A stretch of DNA of 63,863 nucleotides, counting the filler, from Octopus bimaculoides (Eukaryota): the NCBI RefSeq assembly GCF_001194135.2. It is 9 parts of 8 records of this genome, joined end to end, with 100 filler letters (N's around TTAATTAATTAA, not from the genome) between each part and the next. Parts side by side here need not be neighbours in the genome. Positions count along the whole stretch, not along the records: positions 46,415 to 55,140 come from NC_068990.1; positions 55,241 to 59,150 come from NC_068993.1; positions 59,251 to 61,457 come from NW_026361328.1; positions 61,558 to 63,863 come from NC_069003.1; 5 more parts are not named here. The stretch is one strand, 5' to 3'. This document shows, one piece after another, positions 51,131-63,863 of the stretch. Under the pieces are notes generated by a model. That model was not told where the DNA came from, ran no database searches, and saw nothing but the letters and a program-made list of their open reading frames with translations. A program made the translations under genes and the position numbers. Numbering within the stretch: the stretch's first letter is position 1; the number at the start of each line of letters is the position of its first letter.

Positions 51131-52094
51131 ACTCATATGTCTGTACACCTCTGTATATGTGTATGTATGTTGTGTGTGTGTGTGGTCAAAATCCAATGAC
51201 TGACAATTAAAAAACAACATTAAAATGATCCTATATAGGCTGTTGTCTAGCATGACAGCGGTGGCCAGCAAAACCAACTCTGTGTTGGCTAACAATAGTT
51301 GAGAGGGATGAAACTTGTCCAAGGATCTTCTCTTTGGTCATGTTCTCTTGCCACGAAATATTTTGAGCTCTCATGAGAATGGAAGTGATCTTTCTTTATA
51401 GTCTATGCTTTGACTCCATACAGAAAACTGCACTCTGCACATTCCCTGAAGAGGGTCAACCTCATTGACTTTGTTATATATATGATTGTCATCTGCTTTG
51501 AAACATTTTTACAGCTTTTCATAGTAATTGTAGCCATTATGAATGTCCTCATGCTATAATATTCATTTTTACTTTATTGCTATTTATAATACTAATATAC
51601 GAATCAGTATATTATTTGGCATCAAAGTTTTTTGTTCTACATCATATATGTGATATACACACATTTATATACATACATTGTTTGTTTATGTATTTTGTTT
51701 TATTTCCTCTTTCTATACTTTGCATATATGTGTACTTCATATATATATATATATANNNNNNNNNNNNNNNNNNNNNNNNNNNNNNNNNNNNNNNNNNNNN
51801 NNNNNNNNNNNNNNNNNNNNNNNNNNNNNNNNNNNNNNNNNNNNNNNNNNNNNNNNNNNNNNNNNNNNNNNNNNNNNNNNNNNNNNNNNNNNNNNNNNNN
51901 NNNNNNNNNNNNNNNNNNNNNNNNNNNNNNNNNNNNNNNNNNNNNNNNNNNNNNNNNNNNNNNNNNNNNNNNNNNNNNNNNNNNNNNNNNNNNNNNNNNN
52001 NNNNNNNNNNNNNNNNNNNNNNNNNNNNNNNNNNNNNNNNNNNNNNNNNNNNNNNNNNNNNNNNNNNNNNNNNNNNNNNNNNNNNNNNNNNNNN

Positions 52095-52470
52095 CCTGGA
52101 CTGGCTCTTGTGCGGGTGGCACATAAGATGCACCATTTTGAGCATGACCGTTGCCAGTGCCGCCTGACTGGCCTTCGTAGGGTTTTCGAGCGAGATCGTT
52201 GCCAGTGCCCCTGGACTGGCTTTTGTGCGGGTGGCACATAAAAGACACCATTTCGAGTGTGGCCGTTGCCAGTACCGCCTGACTGGCCTTTGTGTGGGTG
52301 ACACGTAAAAGCACCCACTACACTCTCTGAGTGGTTGGCGTTAGGAAGGGCATCCAGCTGTAAAAACTCTGCCAAATTAGATTGGAGCCTGGTGTTGCCA
52401 TCCGGTTTCACCAGTCCTCAGTCAAATCATCCAACCCATGGAAGGCAGATGTTAAACGATGATGATGATG
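52095..52470 (+). mobile_element. RTE-type 3'UTR with internal tandem units and (GAT)n tail
   Basis: Repeated CGTTGCCAGTGCC(C/G)C(C)TG(G)ACTGGC units, then GTGGTTGGCGTTAGGAAGGGCATCCAGCTGTA, shared with the other RTE tails. Confidence 0.7.
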
Positions 52471-53235
52471 ATGATATTCTCTTCTCAGACTCACACACTT
52501 ATTGCAGCAGTCCACCTTTTCTAAGCCCTGTAAAATAACTTGGAAGGTTGGATCTCCAACCAAGCCTCTCGCAACACTCTTAAAGCCAGGAACTTTTCAG
52601 CATCCCCTCGTATGTGTGTGTGTGCATATGTATGTGCATATCTTTTGCCAATGTACATCAGCAAAATTCGTTAGCATGAGCAAGAGCATCGATAAACAAG
52701 TGCTTTCAAGCTATAATACCCGAATACCATACGTAGTATTTGTTCCACCCAAGTTGTCCTGACAGTTACATGTTATTTTCACTAACATGAATACAATAAA
52801 CCAGTGACTGATCTGTTAGGAAACTGCAAGCAATGGTGCTGTTGTTCACAATATGAGATATAATATTTACCAAAAAATAAAGATTGATGACTGGCTTTGC
52901 TTTATCTCTGTATCTACATACCAGTATATCATTATATTATAAAATGTTTCAAACAGCTCCCAGTGGTTGTTAAATGTTGGTGCATAGCTTTGCTCCAGTT
53001 TCACATCATTAAGCAAAGGAAACATAAATTTTTGTCCTTCAATCACTGCCACTTTGGTCACTATCACTACACTCAAACATTGAGAGAAATTGCCTAAGAT
53101 GCTGTCACTCAACCAGCTAGAGATAATAGCCGAGTCTCTTTGATATTGCAACACATAGTCTTTAAACAAGAGAAACATAGACACACTCACATTTGGCATT
53201 TAAAAATTATAATTATATTAAATATATGTGTGTGT

Positions 53236-54495
53236 ATCATCATCATTTAACGTCCGTTGTCCATGTTGGCATGGGTTGGACGGTTTGACCAGAACTGGTC
53301 AGCTGGAAGGCTGCACCAGAATCCACTGTAATTTGGCATGGTTTTCTACAGCTGGATGTCCTTCCTAATGCCAACCACTCCAAGAATGTAATGGGTGTTT
53401 ATGCACCACTGGCACGGACGCCATTTGTGTGACACCAGTATCTACCACAACTGCAATTTTGCTCGGTTTCATGGGTCTTCTTCTCAAGCATGACATCATA
53501 CAAAAGGTCTCAATCATTGCCTCTGTGAGGCTCAACACTTGAAAGAAACTCAGCCACTTTGTCTCCATGATGCCCAATGCTTTAACAGTGCTCATTATGT
53601 GTCACTGACATGGGTGCCAGTTATGTGACACCAGCATCAGCTATGACTACAATTTCACTTGGCTTGACAGGACTTCTCAAGCACAGCATATCACCAATGG
53701 TCTCAGTCACCAGTCATTGTCTGTGAGGCTCAAAGTTTGAAAATTATCCTTCACTACTTCGTCCCATATTCTTTCTGGATCTACCTCTATCACAGCTACA
53801 GATCACCACTTCTTTACACAGTTGTTCTCATCCATACACATCACATGACCATATCAGCACAGTTGTCTCTCTTGCACACCATATCTGATGCCTCTTATGC
53901 CTAACTTTTCTCTAAAGATGCTTACATTCTGTCAAATATGCACATTGACATTGTACATCCAGCGAAGCATACTGGCTTCATTTCATTCAAGTCTATGTAT
54001 GTCCTTGGCTGTCACAGCCCATGTTTCACTTCCATGTTGCATAGCTGTTTGCACACAGGTATTATTCAATCTACCTTTCACTCTGAGAGAGAAGCCCTTT
54101 GTTGCCAGCAGGGGTAGGAGCTCTCTGAACTTTGCCCAGCCTAATCTTATTCTCACAGATACGCTCTCGGAGCACCCACCTCCAATACTAACTTGGTCAC
54201 CTAGATAATGGAAGCTATCTACTACCTCTAGCTTGCCTCCCTGGCAATTGATGGAATATATTTTCTGCACATTTTCAGAGTTTATTCTTCCTGTGCATCT
54301 TCCACATACAAAAGCTAGTTTCCCTGTTAACCTTCTTCTGATATTGCTGCACCTTTTATGTGTTCAAAGTTTACACTGGCTGCATCTTATGGAGTTTCTA
54401 CCTACACCTTTTCTACAGATTGAGCAGGGCCATCTACTTGAAGGGATTTGTGATTTATCTACCTTCCTACTTATTAAGACTTTGGCAAGACCAGT
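53236..54495 (-). pseudogene. 5'-truncated RTE-clade LINE with a PHD finger embedded in the RT region
   Basis: AKVLISRK..RWPCSICRKGVGRNSIRCSQCKL*THKRCS..FVCGRC..LEVVDSFHYLGDQV..RIRLGWAKFRELLPLL..HGSETWAV..YGHV, followed by the 3'UTR and (GAT)n. Confidence 0.88.
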
Positions 54496-54959
54496 GAAAA
54501 TTACACAAAAAAATACAATTATCTGCAAACATATGTTTCGAAATTAACATTTTCTTACCGAAAATATGTTTCTAATCAGTACAGATCGTTGGATAGATGT
54601 AATTTAGAGAATTGGATACTAAGTTGTACTCTACAAGGAAAGCACGTGTATATGGTTCTAAAAATTATACCTTCCATGGCAAAATTCAAAAGTCTTCGTT
54701 TTTGCACGCTAAATCCGTAAATATCTTGGCATATTCATGAATAAGTCACTAACCAAAATAAGTGGATCTATTATTTAGGAAAATATTATTTACTTGTTTA
54801 AGGGTTGTACTGAATAAATTACGAAAATAACTCAAAGTTCAAATACTAAGAAATAAGCAGATTCAATTTGATTTATACCAAATAATTTAGGAAAATGAAT
54901 GGGTTATTTCTCTTGGCTTTTAAAATAAAATATATTGGATATATATAAGATTTCCTTCT

Positions 54960-55110
54960 AGGGGCCCTATTATCGATTTTTTCAACAATCTGGGTATGCC
55001 ATGAGGTTTCCAGTGTCGAGTTTCATCAAAATGATAAAACGATGTTGGAGGAGTTAGCTAGCAACTCTACAAACACACCCACAGGCAGAATTTCCCACAT
55101 ATGTAGTAGT
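54960..55110 (+). mobile_element. Possible 3' end of a non-autonomous Helitron-like element
   Basis: GAGTTTCATCAAAAT...GGAGGAGTTAG...ACAAACACAC...GAATTTCCCACATATGTAGTAG resembles the 3' layout of Lep1/HINE-like elements; by recall only. Confidence 0.3.
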
Positions 55111-55140
55111 TGAATTAATATATATATATATATATATATA

Positions 55141-55240
55141 NNNNNNNNNNNNNNNNNNNNNNNNNNNNNNNNNNNNNNNNNNNNTTAATTAATTAANNNN
55201 NNNNNNNNNNNNNNNNNNNNNNNNNNNNNNNNNNNNNNNN
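55141..55240. other. Artificial scaffold linker
   Basis: 44 N + TTAATTAATTAA + 44 N. Confidence 0.95.
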
Positions 55241-55386
55241 TATGTATGTATACATACGCATTATAAACATGCATATATATATATATATGTATATATATGC
55301 ACTGTCCATTATGTATACGTGTATTTATATTAAGACATTGTATTTTAAACATTAGTAATAATGATTCCCTTATTATTATTACTAAG

Positions 55387-55419
<33 letters not shown>

Positions 55420-55421
55420 TT

Positions 55422-55454
<33 letters not shown>

Positions 55455-55464
55455 NNNNNNNNNN

Positions 55465-55508
<44 letters not shown>

Positions 55509-55758
55509 AATAGATTCTATTAAAATATTAATTATAATACAAACAGCCCGGGTTAAGAAGCGATAGATAGAAACATAAGGCAAACAATGTTGACCCTCCT
55601 CCTCCCCCACCTGTCTCTCACACGCACACATGCGGAGATGGGGTGGGGATGGGGTTTTAATGTAGACCGCGGCTGGAATATAAGAACATTCACAATTACA
55701 CGGCCGGAAGAGCTTGATGTATACACACACACACATACGTATACACACACACACATAC

Positions 55759-55820
<62 letters not shown>

Positions 55821-56388
55821 GTATATATATATATATATATNNNNNNNNNNNNNNNNNNNNNNNNNNNNNNNNNNNNNNNNNNNNNNNNNNNNNNNNNNNN
55901 NNNNNNNNNNNNNNNNNNNNNNNNNNNNNNNNNNNNNNNNNNNNNNNNNNNNNNNNNNNNNNNNNNNNNNNNNNNNNNNNNNNNNNNNNNNNNNNNNNNN
56001 NNNNNNNNNNNNNNNNNNNNNNNNNNNNNNNNNNNNNNNNNNNNNNNNNNNNNNNNNNNNNNNNNNNNNNNNNNNNNNNNNNNNNNNNNNNNNNNNNNNN
56101 NNNNNNNNNNNNNNNNNNNNNNNNNNNNNNNNNNNNNNNNNNNNNNNNNNNNNNNNNNNNNNNNNNNNNNNNNNNNNNNNNNNNNNNNNNNNNNNNNNNN
56201 NNNNNNNNNNNNNNNNNNNNNNNNNNNNNNNNNNNNNNNNNNNNNNNNNNNNNNNNNNNNNNNNNNNNNNNNNNNNNNNNNNNNNNNNNNNNNNNNNNNN
56301 NAATCTAAGCGAACCTGTACGCGGTTGACTCCAATTCGTCAGACATGATCAGCCTAAATCTCTCAGATTGACAACCACCAGTCTATAC

Positions 56389-56422
<34 letters not shown>

Positions 56423-57075
56423 TGACTGCCACCCTCGCTCCACCCCACTTGTGCACGCTGTGTTTGGCGCCAATGCAGTTGTGTCACTTTTCATGTCATT
56501 TATTGAACAATCATATTTTAACTTTCGCGTCAATTGTCTTTCTCTCTCCTAAAAACAAAACCTTTTTCCATTCATCTTATTCGTCTTTTACCTTTTTTTT
56601 TTATATTTGCAACACTCGAAACTATTTTGTTTTACTTCCAGTGATTATTCAAGCCGCTGCTTCATACAAATAACTGGACCCCGCTGGACATTCTCAATGA
56701 CCGGGCATAAAAAAGAAATATATGCATATATATATATATATAAATTGTCTCCTGTAGTTTCCTTATTTTATCATTTATTTTTATATATTATTTTTCTTTA
56801 TTTATTTGTATTGTGCTTATTTTCCGCCCGGAATCCCTTCTCGTCAAGAAGCAACGGTGACAAGCTAAATACACTCACCGCCTCATTTAATCAACAACAC
56901 AAATGACGAGTTCACGAATGATTTCATTAGTTTTAGATTTTTATTCACATTTTCATACAAAGAGACAGACATTGTTTGATAGACATTGGGTGTCAGGAAG
57001 GGGGTACAGGGTGTATGAGCGACGGGGGGATGACAGAGATAGCTGGGTAGCACATATCCAGGATACATACATACA

Positions 57076-57132
<57 letters not shown>

Positions 57133-57342
57133 GTATCTATGTGTCTATATCTTATGTATGTATGTATGTATTTATCTATCTATCTATCTATCTATCTACC
57201 TATCTNNNNNNNNNNNNNNNNNNNNNNNNNNNNNNNNNNNNNNNNNNNNNNNNNNNNNNNNNNNNNNNNNNNNNNNNNNNNNNNNNNNNNNNNNNNNNNN
57301 NNATATATATATATATATATATAATATATATATATTTATATA

Positions 57343-57468
57343 CAGGGTGTCTGCAAGGTCTGGGTATATGGAGTAAATAAAATCATAACATAAACAATTA
57401 AATATAAGAAATAATAATTCCTTAAAGTATGTGTTAATCCCATGTATCCAGACTTTGTGGACACCCTG
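57343..57468. mobile_element. 126-bp Tc1/mariner-type MITE
   Basis: About 30-bp imperfect TIRs, CAGGGTGTCTGCAAGGTCTGGGTATATGG and CCATGTATCCAGACTTTGTGGACACCCTG, flanked by TA on both sides. Confidence 0.8.
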
Positions 57469-57638
57469 TATATATATATAGTAAGGGTAGAAAATTTAGA
57501 GAAATTTTTCTACTGGTGGCCAACATGCGTAATAAAGTCAATAGATAACATATTTTTCATATAAAATAGTGTACGTTTTATACAAAAAAGAAGTGACCAT
57601 TAACAGGACACCTCTCTTGTGTATAAATACGTACACTA

Positions 57639-57672
<34 letters not shown>

Positions 57673-57957
57673 TAGGCTTATACCTTTTGTATACACAGCA
57701 TGCATACCATACATGTACAGTGTATATGCAATGTATGTCCAGTCAAATATACGTACCGTGTGTTTCCGGTGTGTGAAATATCTAAAAACAGGACACTCAG
57801 CCACGGACACACACACACTAACAAACATTGACTCTCATTCATAGACAGAGGTTTCATAATGTGTGTGATGTCACAGGATTAGATGTCAGTAGAAAAACTT
57901 GTCTAAGATTCCTGCGAAAACATACAAATTTGCACGTGTGTGCGTGCGCGTGAGTAC

Positions 57958-57989
<32 letters not shown>

Positions 57990-58076
57990 TTGTGACAGAG
58001 AGGGAGGAAGAGAAAATCAAACATAGACAGACAGATTGATAAGTGGACAAATACGTGTGTGTTACATATACATACA

Positions 58077-58123
<47 letters not shown>

Positions 58124-59004
58124 GAGAGAGGGGTGATAAAGAGAGAGAGGGGGGTTGAAAGATTAGTTGAGTTAAACAATGCTATGGGTGATTGATTACT
58201 TCTCAATACTAATCAGCTATATCGCCAGTTCTACCTGAAATTAGCCACCATTGCTATTGTTACCTGATCATTAGTATTCTCCCCTGACTAACCTCCACTA
58301 AACATACCAAGACAACGCTGAGCAACTCCCCCTCTTCTCACTTTGCCTATTAATAACTATCTCTCTCTCTCTCTCTCTCAATCATTTCCTCGTTTTCTCC
58401 TATATATACACCCTTCTCTTACACATAGTATCTCACTGCATATAAATGTGCCGTCTCTATTTTGGACCACATTTTTGTGAACACACACACACACGTACAT
58501 ACATACATATATACATACATATATTTAGGCATTTGCATGGATGTCTTCTCTTTCTGTGATTGATTTAGAGTAATTCTTGACTGGCCACCTACAATGGTAG
58601 CAAGGCTGTGAAGGAAAACACCATGTTTTGTTCCTCCTTTAAATCTTAAGAAAGTCTTGCAGAGTTTTAGAGTCCCACTTATAGTGATCAATTGTAGAGT
58701 ATTAACAATGTATGTATGAATGTATGCGTATTAATATACAAATTTACGTTTGAAAGCAGGTGCATATTTTAAGAGTATATATATATATATATAAATGTAC
58801 ATGTATGTGTGTGCATGCACGTGAATTTATATATACGTTTATATATTTTAACTATTCTGTTTAATCGGAATCCATCACATCGGTTCACAACTAAACTGAT
58901 CATTTATTAACACACAACACATGTTATATATGCATGCATGTGTGTGTGTGTTATATTAATTTTTCTTGTTCTTCCTAATACTAAAGTATACATAGACATA
59001 TATA

Positions 59005-59053
<49 letters not shown>

Positions 59054-59150
59054 ATATATACTATATATATATATATATATATACTATATATATATACATA
59101 TATATATATGTGTGTGTATGTATATGCATGTATATATATATATATATATA

Positions 59151-59250
59151 NNNNNNNNNNNNNNNNNNNNNNNNNNNNNNNNNNNNNNNNNNNNTTAATT
59201 AATTAANNNNNNNNNNNNNNNNNNNNNNNNNNNNNNNNNNNNNNNNNNNN
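59151..59250. other. Artificial scaffold linker
   Basis: 44 N + TTAATTAATTAA + 44 N. Confidence 0.95.
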
Positions 59251-60213
59251 TATATATATATATATATATATATATACTATAAACGAAACATTAATCGCAT
59301 CAAGGTCACCAGTCTTAGAGGGTCTGTTGTGCAAAGGTCAAGATATGACTCTTCGTCCATCTTGGGCTAGTAAAAAGTAAATAGGCGTGGTTGTATAGTG
59401 AAAGATTCGCTTCTTAACCACATGGTTCTGGGTTCTGTACAATTTTCGTTTACCGAATTTCACTCACAAAATGCAGGGCGACTAGGAGCTATAGAACCTG
59501 GCATTTGCCTATGATTCTACAGCAATGGTATCAAACCCCGAATCACTTGATTACGAAACGAACATCTTAAACATTCAACTATATTGTATCTCTGTATCTG
59601 GTATTAACACAACGGTAAACGCAGCAAGTAAAGATGTGTCGATGCGTCTTTAAGAACAGGAAAAAATTAGGAAGCAAATTATTTTTATTTTAAATCTAAT
59701 TGTAATTTTAAGAAAGCTTTTCACACATGCTACTGTTGTTATTATTTATGAGTTTGCTATTAAGTGCACAAATATAAATGCTACAATTAAATTTTATAAT
59801 AAGGTTTTATTTAACTGTTATTATTTATACGTGGGCCATTAAGTGCATAAAGTTTACGTTCTCAAAATAATTGAAGTTTTACAAGATTTGGACTACGATA
59901 AGAGACCATGTGGAAAGGAAAATCAATATTGTACAAAATATTTTAATTTGATGCCTTAAGGGGGTAGCTGTGCGAGGGAAGCTTAAAAGAACCGTAGGCT
60001 GAGTTTCAGAATTAGATGTATAATATCATAACATGATATNNNNNNNNNNNNNNNNNNNNNNNNNNNNNNNNNNNNNNNNNNNNNNNNNNNNNNNNNNNNN
60101 NNNNNNNNNNNNNNNNNNNNNNNNNNNNNNNNNNNNNNNNNNNNNNNNNNNNNNNNNNNNNNNNNNNNNNNNNNNNNNNNNNNNNNNNNNNNNNNNNNNN
60201 NNNNNNNNNNNNN

Positions 60214-60247
<34 letters not shown>

Positions 60248-61457
60248 GCACAACTCTCTTTCTTTCCTTCTCATCTCTCTCCCAATTTCTGTAAGTGTAG
60301 GCTCTCTAAAGAAAGAGAATGACGCAAAAGAAAATGTCATGAATTTTTGATGTCATTCTTGTTTAATATTTTATTATAGTTATAGCGTGGGGGCAAATGT
60401 TTATGTTTTGCTATGCTTTTATTTATTGTTAAGTGATATGATGCTGTACTTAAAATTCCTACCCTTAACCTAGTTTCTCAGTACTTTTCCTACTCCTTAC
60501 TGCATCATTACGCTCCCTTCATATCGCTACCCCATCTTAAGTCGTCAAATTATATACTCTGGAGAATATAGATATTTTTTCTGCATTTTTCTATATTATT
60601 GTTCTTTAAAACTCCTTATAAAACTTTGATTATTTATAGAATTTAAGCACTTAATCATTTCTTTATTTTTTTTACCTTCATTCTGTGATGTATTATTGAA
60701 CATCGGATCGTCTTTTGACGATTCCTGAAACACTTGGAATTTTCTCTATGACAAGAGGCTACCAGCAAGCATCCTCACTCGTTCAATCTTTCTCCACTTA
60801 TAAAGAAAGAGACGCTGTTAGGGTCTCACAGCCGATTCCAGAAAGAGAAAGAATGTTTACCTCTGTACTTAACTACATATAAATTGACCTCAACGAGATT
60901 TGAACGCAGAGCGTCAATAGGGAGGAAATATACAGTAATGCAGGCGTTCCTAACTGCGGGGCCGCGCATCCTTTGGTACCGAGCCACGCAGAAAGAATAA
61001 ATTTCAAATTTTATTTCTATTTTAAAATTTAAAATTTTTAATTTTATTTCAATTATTGCGGCCTTCACTTTGTTTTTGTCTTATATATGTATTATATATG
61101 TAATATACATGTATATATGTATTTTTATGTAATTATCTCCGAGTCAGCGATATAAGCAAGTATAGTTTGTTCTAAGAGAACACCCACGTTTGAGTGGGGA
61201 TAAATATCACCTCTCAGTATTATTACTGCCTCTGTCGTTAAAGAAAGGATGAGGGCCGCTGCGATAAAGCATTGTATTCGACACCCTAATAACTCTACTA
61301 GTTTGCCGCCTAAATGCCGTTAACGCTACACACAAATAATACCAGGCACACAAAATGGTATCATAAAGTTAATTTAATCGTAGAATATAGCTTTGTGCTT
61401 TAATACAATACACTTCAATACTAGCAACTGTGGTTACGTATAAAACATTCTCCTAAA

Positions 61458-61557
61458 NNNNNNNNNNNNNNNNNNNNNNNNNNNNNNNNNNNNNNNNNNN
61501 NTTAATTAATTAANNNNNNNNNNNNNNNNNNNNNNNNNNNNNNNNNNNNNNNNNNNN
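61458..61557. other. Artificial scaffold linker
   Basis: 44 N + TTAATTAATTAA + 44 N. Confidence 0.95.
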
Positions 61558-61625
<68 letters not shown>

Positions 61626-61708
61626 GCTACTACTACAAATTTGTCATTATTATAACCGTTGCTGTGGGTACGGTTGCCATCGTCATTGCTGCTGTTGTTG
61701 TTGTTCTC

Positions 61709-61817
<109 letters not shown>

Positions 61818-61984
61818 TCTTATTATTATTCATGTTTCTTTTGAGTGATTTTTCAGTACCGCGGTTCTAAGTACAGAAACGTTTGCATCTTTTGTTATTC
61901 CATATCTTCAATTTGAAGAAATCCTTTGTTGGATAAATCTAAGTATTTCTTAAAGACTCTGGAATATTTCAACAAAAGAGACTC

Positions 61985-62060
61985 TGCGCAAAACGAAACG
62001 TCACATTAGGTGTCGCCATTTTTGAAGTTGTAACACTCTCCATACCGAGTGCAGGTGAGT
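61985..62060 (+). promoter_or_regulatory. Candidate promoter and non-coding first exon
   Basis: TGCGCA and ACGTCA half-sites, a YY1-like CGCCATTTT (62014-62022), and a perfect donor CAG|GTGAGT at 62054/62055; no ATG in the exon. Confidence 0.35.
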
Positions 62061-62359
62061 TCAAGAAACAAAATTTTCGTAGATTCATATGCTTTTTTTT
62101 TATTGTTGTTTTAATTCGTATATAAGAAACTGTTTGGCGGAAGTAGATAAATGTATAACAATAACAACGCTAACTCCACCAATGATAATAAAAATAATGA
62201 CAGTAATAATAGTAAGAGAAATAATAATGATGTTGATAATGAAATGGTAATGATAATATTAAGAACAAGAACAATAATAATAATAATAGTGATAGTAATT
62301 ACAATAATAATAGTAATAATAACGGTAATAATAATAATAGCAGTACCAATAATAATATC

Positions 62360-62410
<51 letters not shown>

Positions 62411-62749
62411 CATACTAATAATAATGATAATCCTGAAAACGTATGTGAGAATGAAATGTAAAGAATTAGTTTTTCCGGAGTAAAAATGGAGGAGGTAAAT
62501 TATCATAAAACAGAGGATAATGTTCGTATTATGAAATCCATGACGTCATTGACTCAGTGGTTGAAGTGAGAGTAGAGGAGCTGAGGAGTTATACGTCTGT
62601 ACTAATTGGAGGTGTGTGTGTATGTGTGTGTTGTCAGTATGTGGTTTTGTGCTTGTATGCGATAGAACTATTCAAGCCACTCATAGACGTAAGTGCACCA
62701 AACAGCACATCCAGTCTTTTCTTCAATGACTTCATTATCTTATGTGACA

Positions 62750-63250
62750 AATAAGGTGACGAGCTTTGCAGAATCATTAGTAGGCCGGACAAAACTCTTA
62801 GTAAAATGTCTTCCGGCATTACATTCTGAAGTTAACTTTGCGTTTCATTTTTCCAACGGTCGATAACATTAATAGCCGTTATACATTGGAGTTGACATAA
62901 TCGACTAACCAGCTCCCACAAAATTTCAGACCCTGCATCTATAGTAGCACGAATTATAATTATTATTATAAATGCAGAATCGTTTGCATAACGGGCAGAA
63001 TGCTTCGCGGCGTCTCGTCCGTCTCTACGTTCTCAGTTCAAATTCCGCCGAGATCGACTTTGCCTTTCATCCTTTCCGGGTCGATGTAATCGACTAGTCC
63101 TCTCATTCGAAATTTCTGGCATTGTGCCACAATTAGAAACCATTATAAATGCAGCAAGCTAGCGGAATCGTTTGTACGCCGGACAAGTTGCTTAACAGCA
63201 TTTTTCTGGCTTTAAATTGTGGGTTCCAATTCCGCCGAGGTTGACTGCAC
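62750..63250 (+). mobile_element. Cluster of three SINE family A heads or copies
   Basis: GCAGAATCATTAG (62768), GGCAGAATGCTTCGCGG...GTTCAAATTCCGCCGAG (62995) and GCGGAATCGTT (63162). Confidence 0.7.
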
Positions 63251-63863
63251 ACAATGTTTGTAAAGTAAGTCGGTGCGTGGCGTTAAATTAAATAATATAT
63301 TCAAATATTTTATAGAAGTACAAACAAATGGAACAGACGAAAAATAGGTTTGCTGCCTGTTTGTACTTCTATAAATTTTTGAAACATATTAGTTCACATA
63401 ACGCCACGGAGCATTGCAAACATTCAGTTAGATGTTTTCGTGCGACGTCTATTTCCGTCTTTTCCTCTTTCTTCTTCTCTCCTCTCATCCCCTCTGACTC
63501 TCTCGCTCGCTCTCACTCTCTCTCTCTCTCGCTCCATCCTTCCATCTCTCGCTCCATCCTTCTCACTCTAACCTTTTCCTCCGTGTTGCTATCTGCCTCT
63601 CTCTTATGTCTTCCCCTCTCTCTCTTTCTCTTTCTGTTCATCTTCTCTCTCTCTCTCTGCATTCTACAACTTTTTCTCGCTCCTCCTACTGCCACCTGAC
63701 CTGTGGTCATCATCACCTCTCATTTCCATTTCCTTTCAACGTCTCATCGCCAAGACGATCTGTCATGCTTCTCTTGTCTCCCACTTTCAATACGGTTTCT
63801 GGTCTGTCCGTTGTTCGTTTCGTTTCCAATCCTTTATGACATTTTTCTTAACGTTATATGTAT

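Noticed and set aside
52095-52330. CRISPR-like repeat-spacer array
   Set aside because: The units are degenerate tandem repeats with non-unique spacers, contiguous with an RTE 3' tail; eukaryotic context with no cas genes.
62634-62819. Protein-like ORF MPEDILLRVLSGLLMILQSS...
   Set aside because: Its 5' half is the antisense of a SINE family A head (62750-62870); no supporting splice sites.

Overview
AT-rich, microsatellite-saturated animal DNA. The repeat content (tRNA-derived SINEs, RTE, Tx1, CR1-group and R4/Dong LINEs, Tc1) suggests a coleoid cephalopod, probably Octopus; this is an inference. The window is not one continuous locus: eight identical 100-bp spacers (44 N + TTAATTAATTAA + 44 N) join nine pieces (1-10581, 10682-16996, 17097-31015, 31116-40252, 40353-46314, 46415-55140, 55241-59150, 59251-61457, 61558-63863), which also contain internal N gaps. 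No complete gene is present, and almost all listed ORFs are translated microsatellites or TE debris. Isolated candidate exons: a signal-peptide first exon (23765-23909, +), a well-bounded internal exon (36854-36960, -) whose most protein-like frame carries one TAG, and a YY1-type non-coding first exon (about 62005-62054, +). The most interesting signals are: (1) a set of minimal type I hammerhead-ribozyme motifs of the Penelope-element kind, one apparently intact at 45177-45219 (-), two core-intact siblings at 13436-13483 and 14907-14952, plus decayed copies; (2) a C4HC3 PHD finger inside the reverse transcriptase of an RTE LINE; (3) R4/Dong LINE ends at (TAA)n repeats; (4) a LINE 3' tail shared with a SINE family; (5) several long hairpins and local templated duplications. 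All of this was read by eye, with no database searches.
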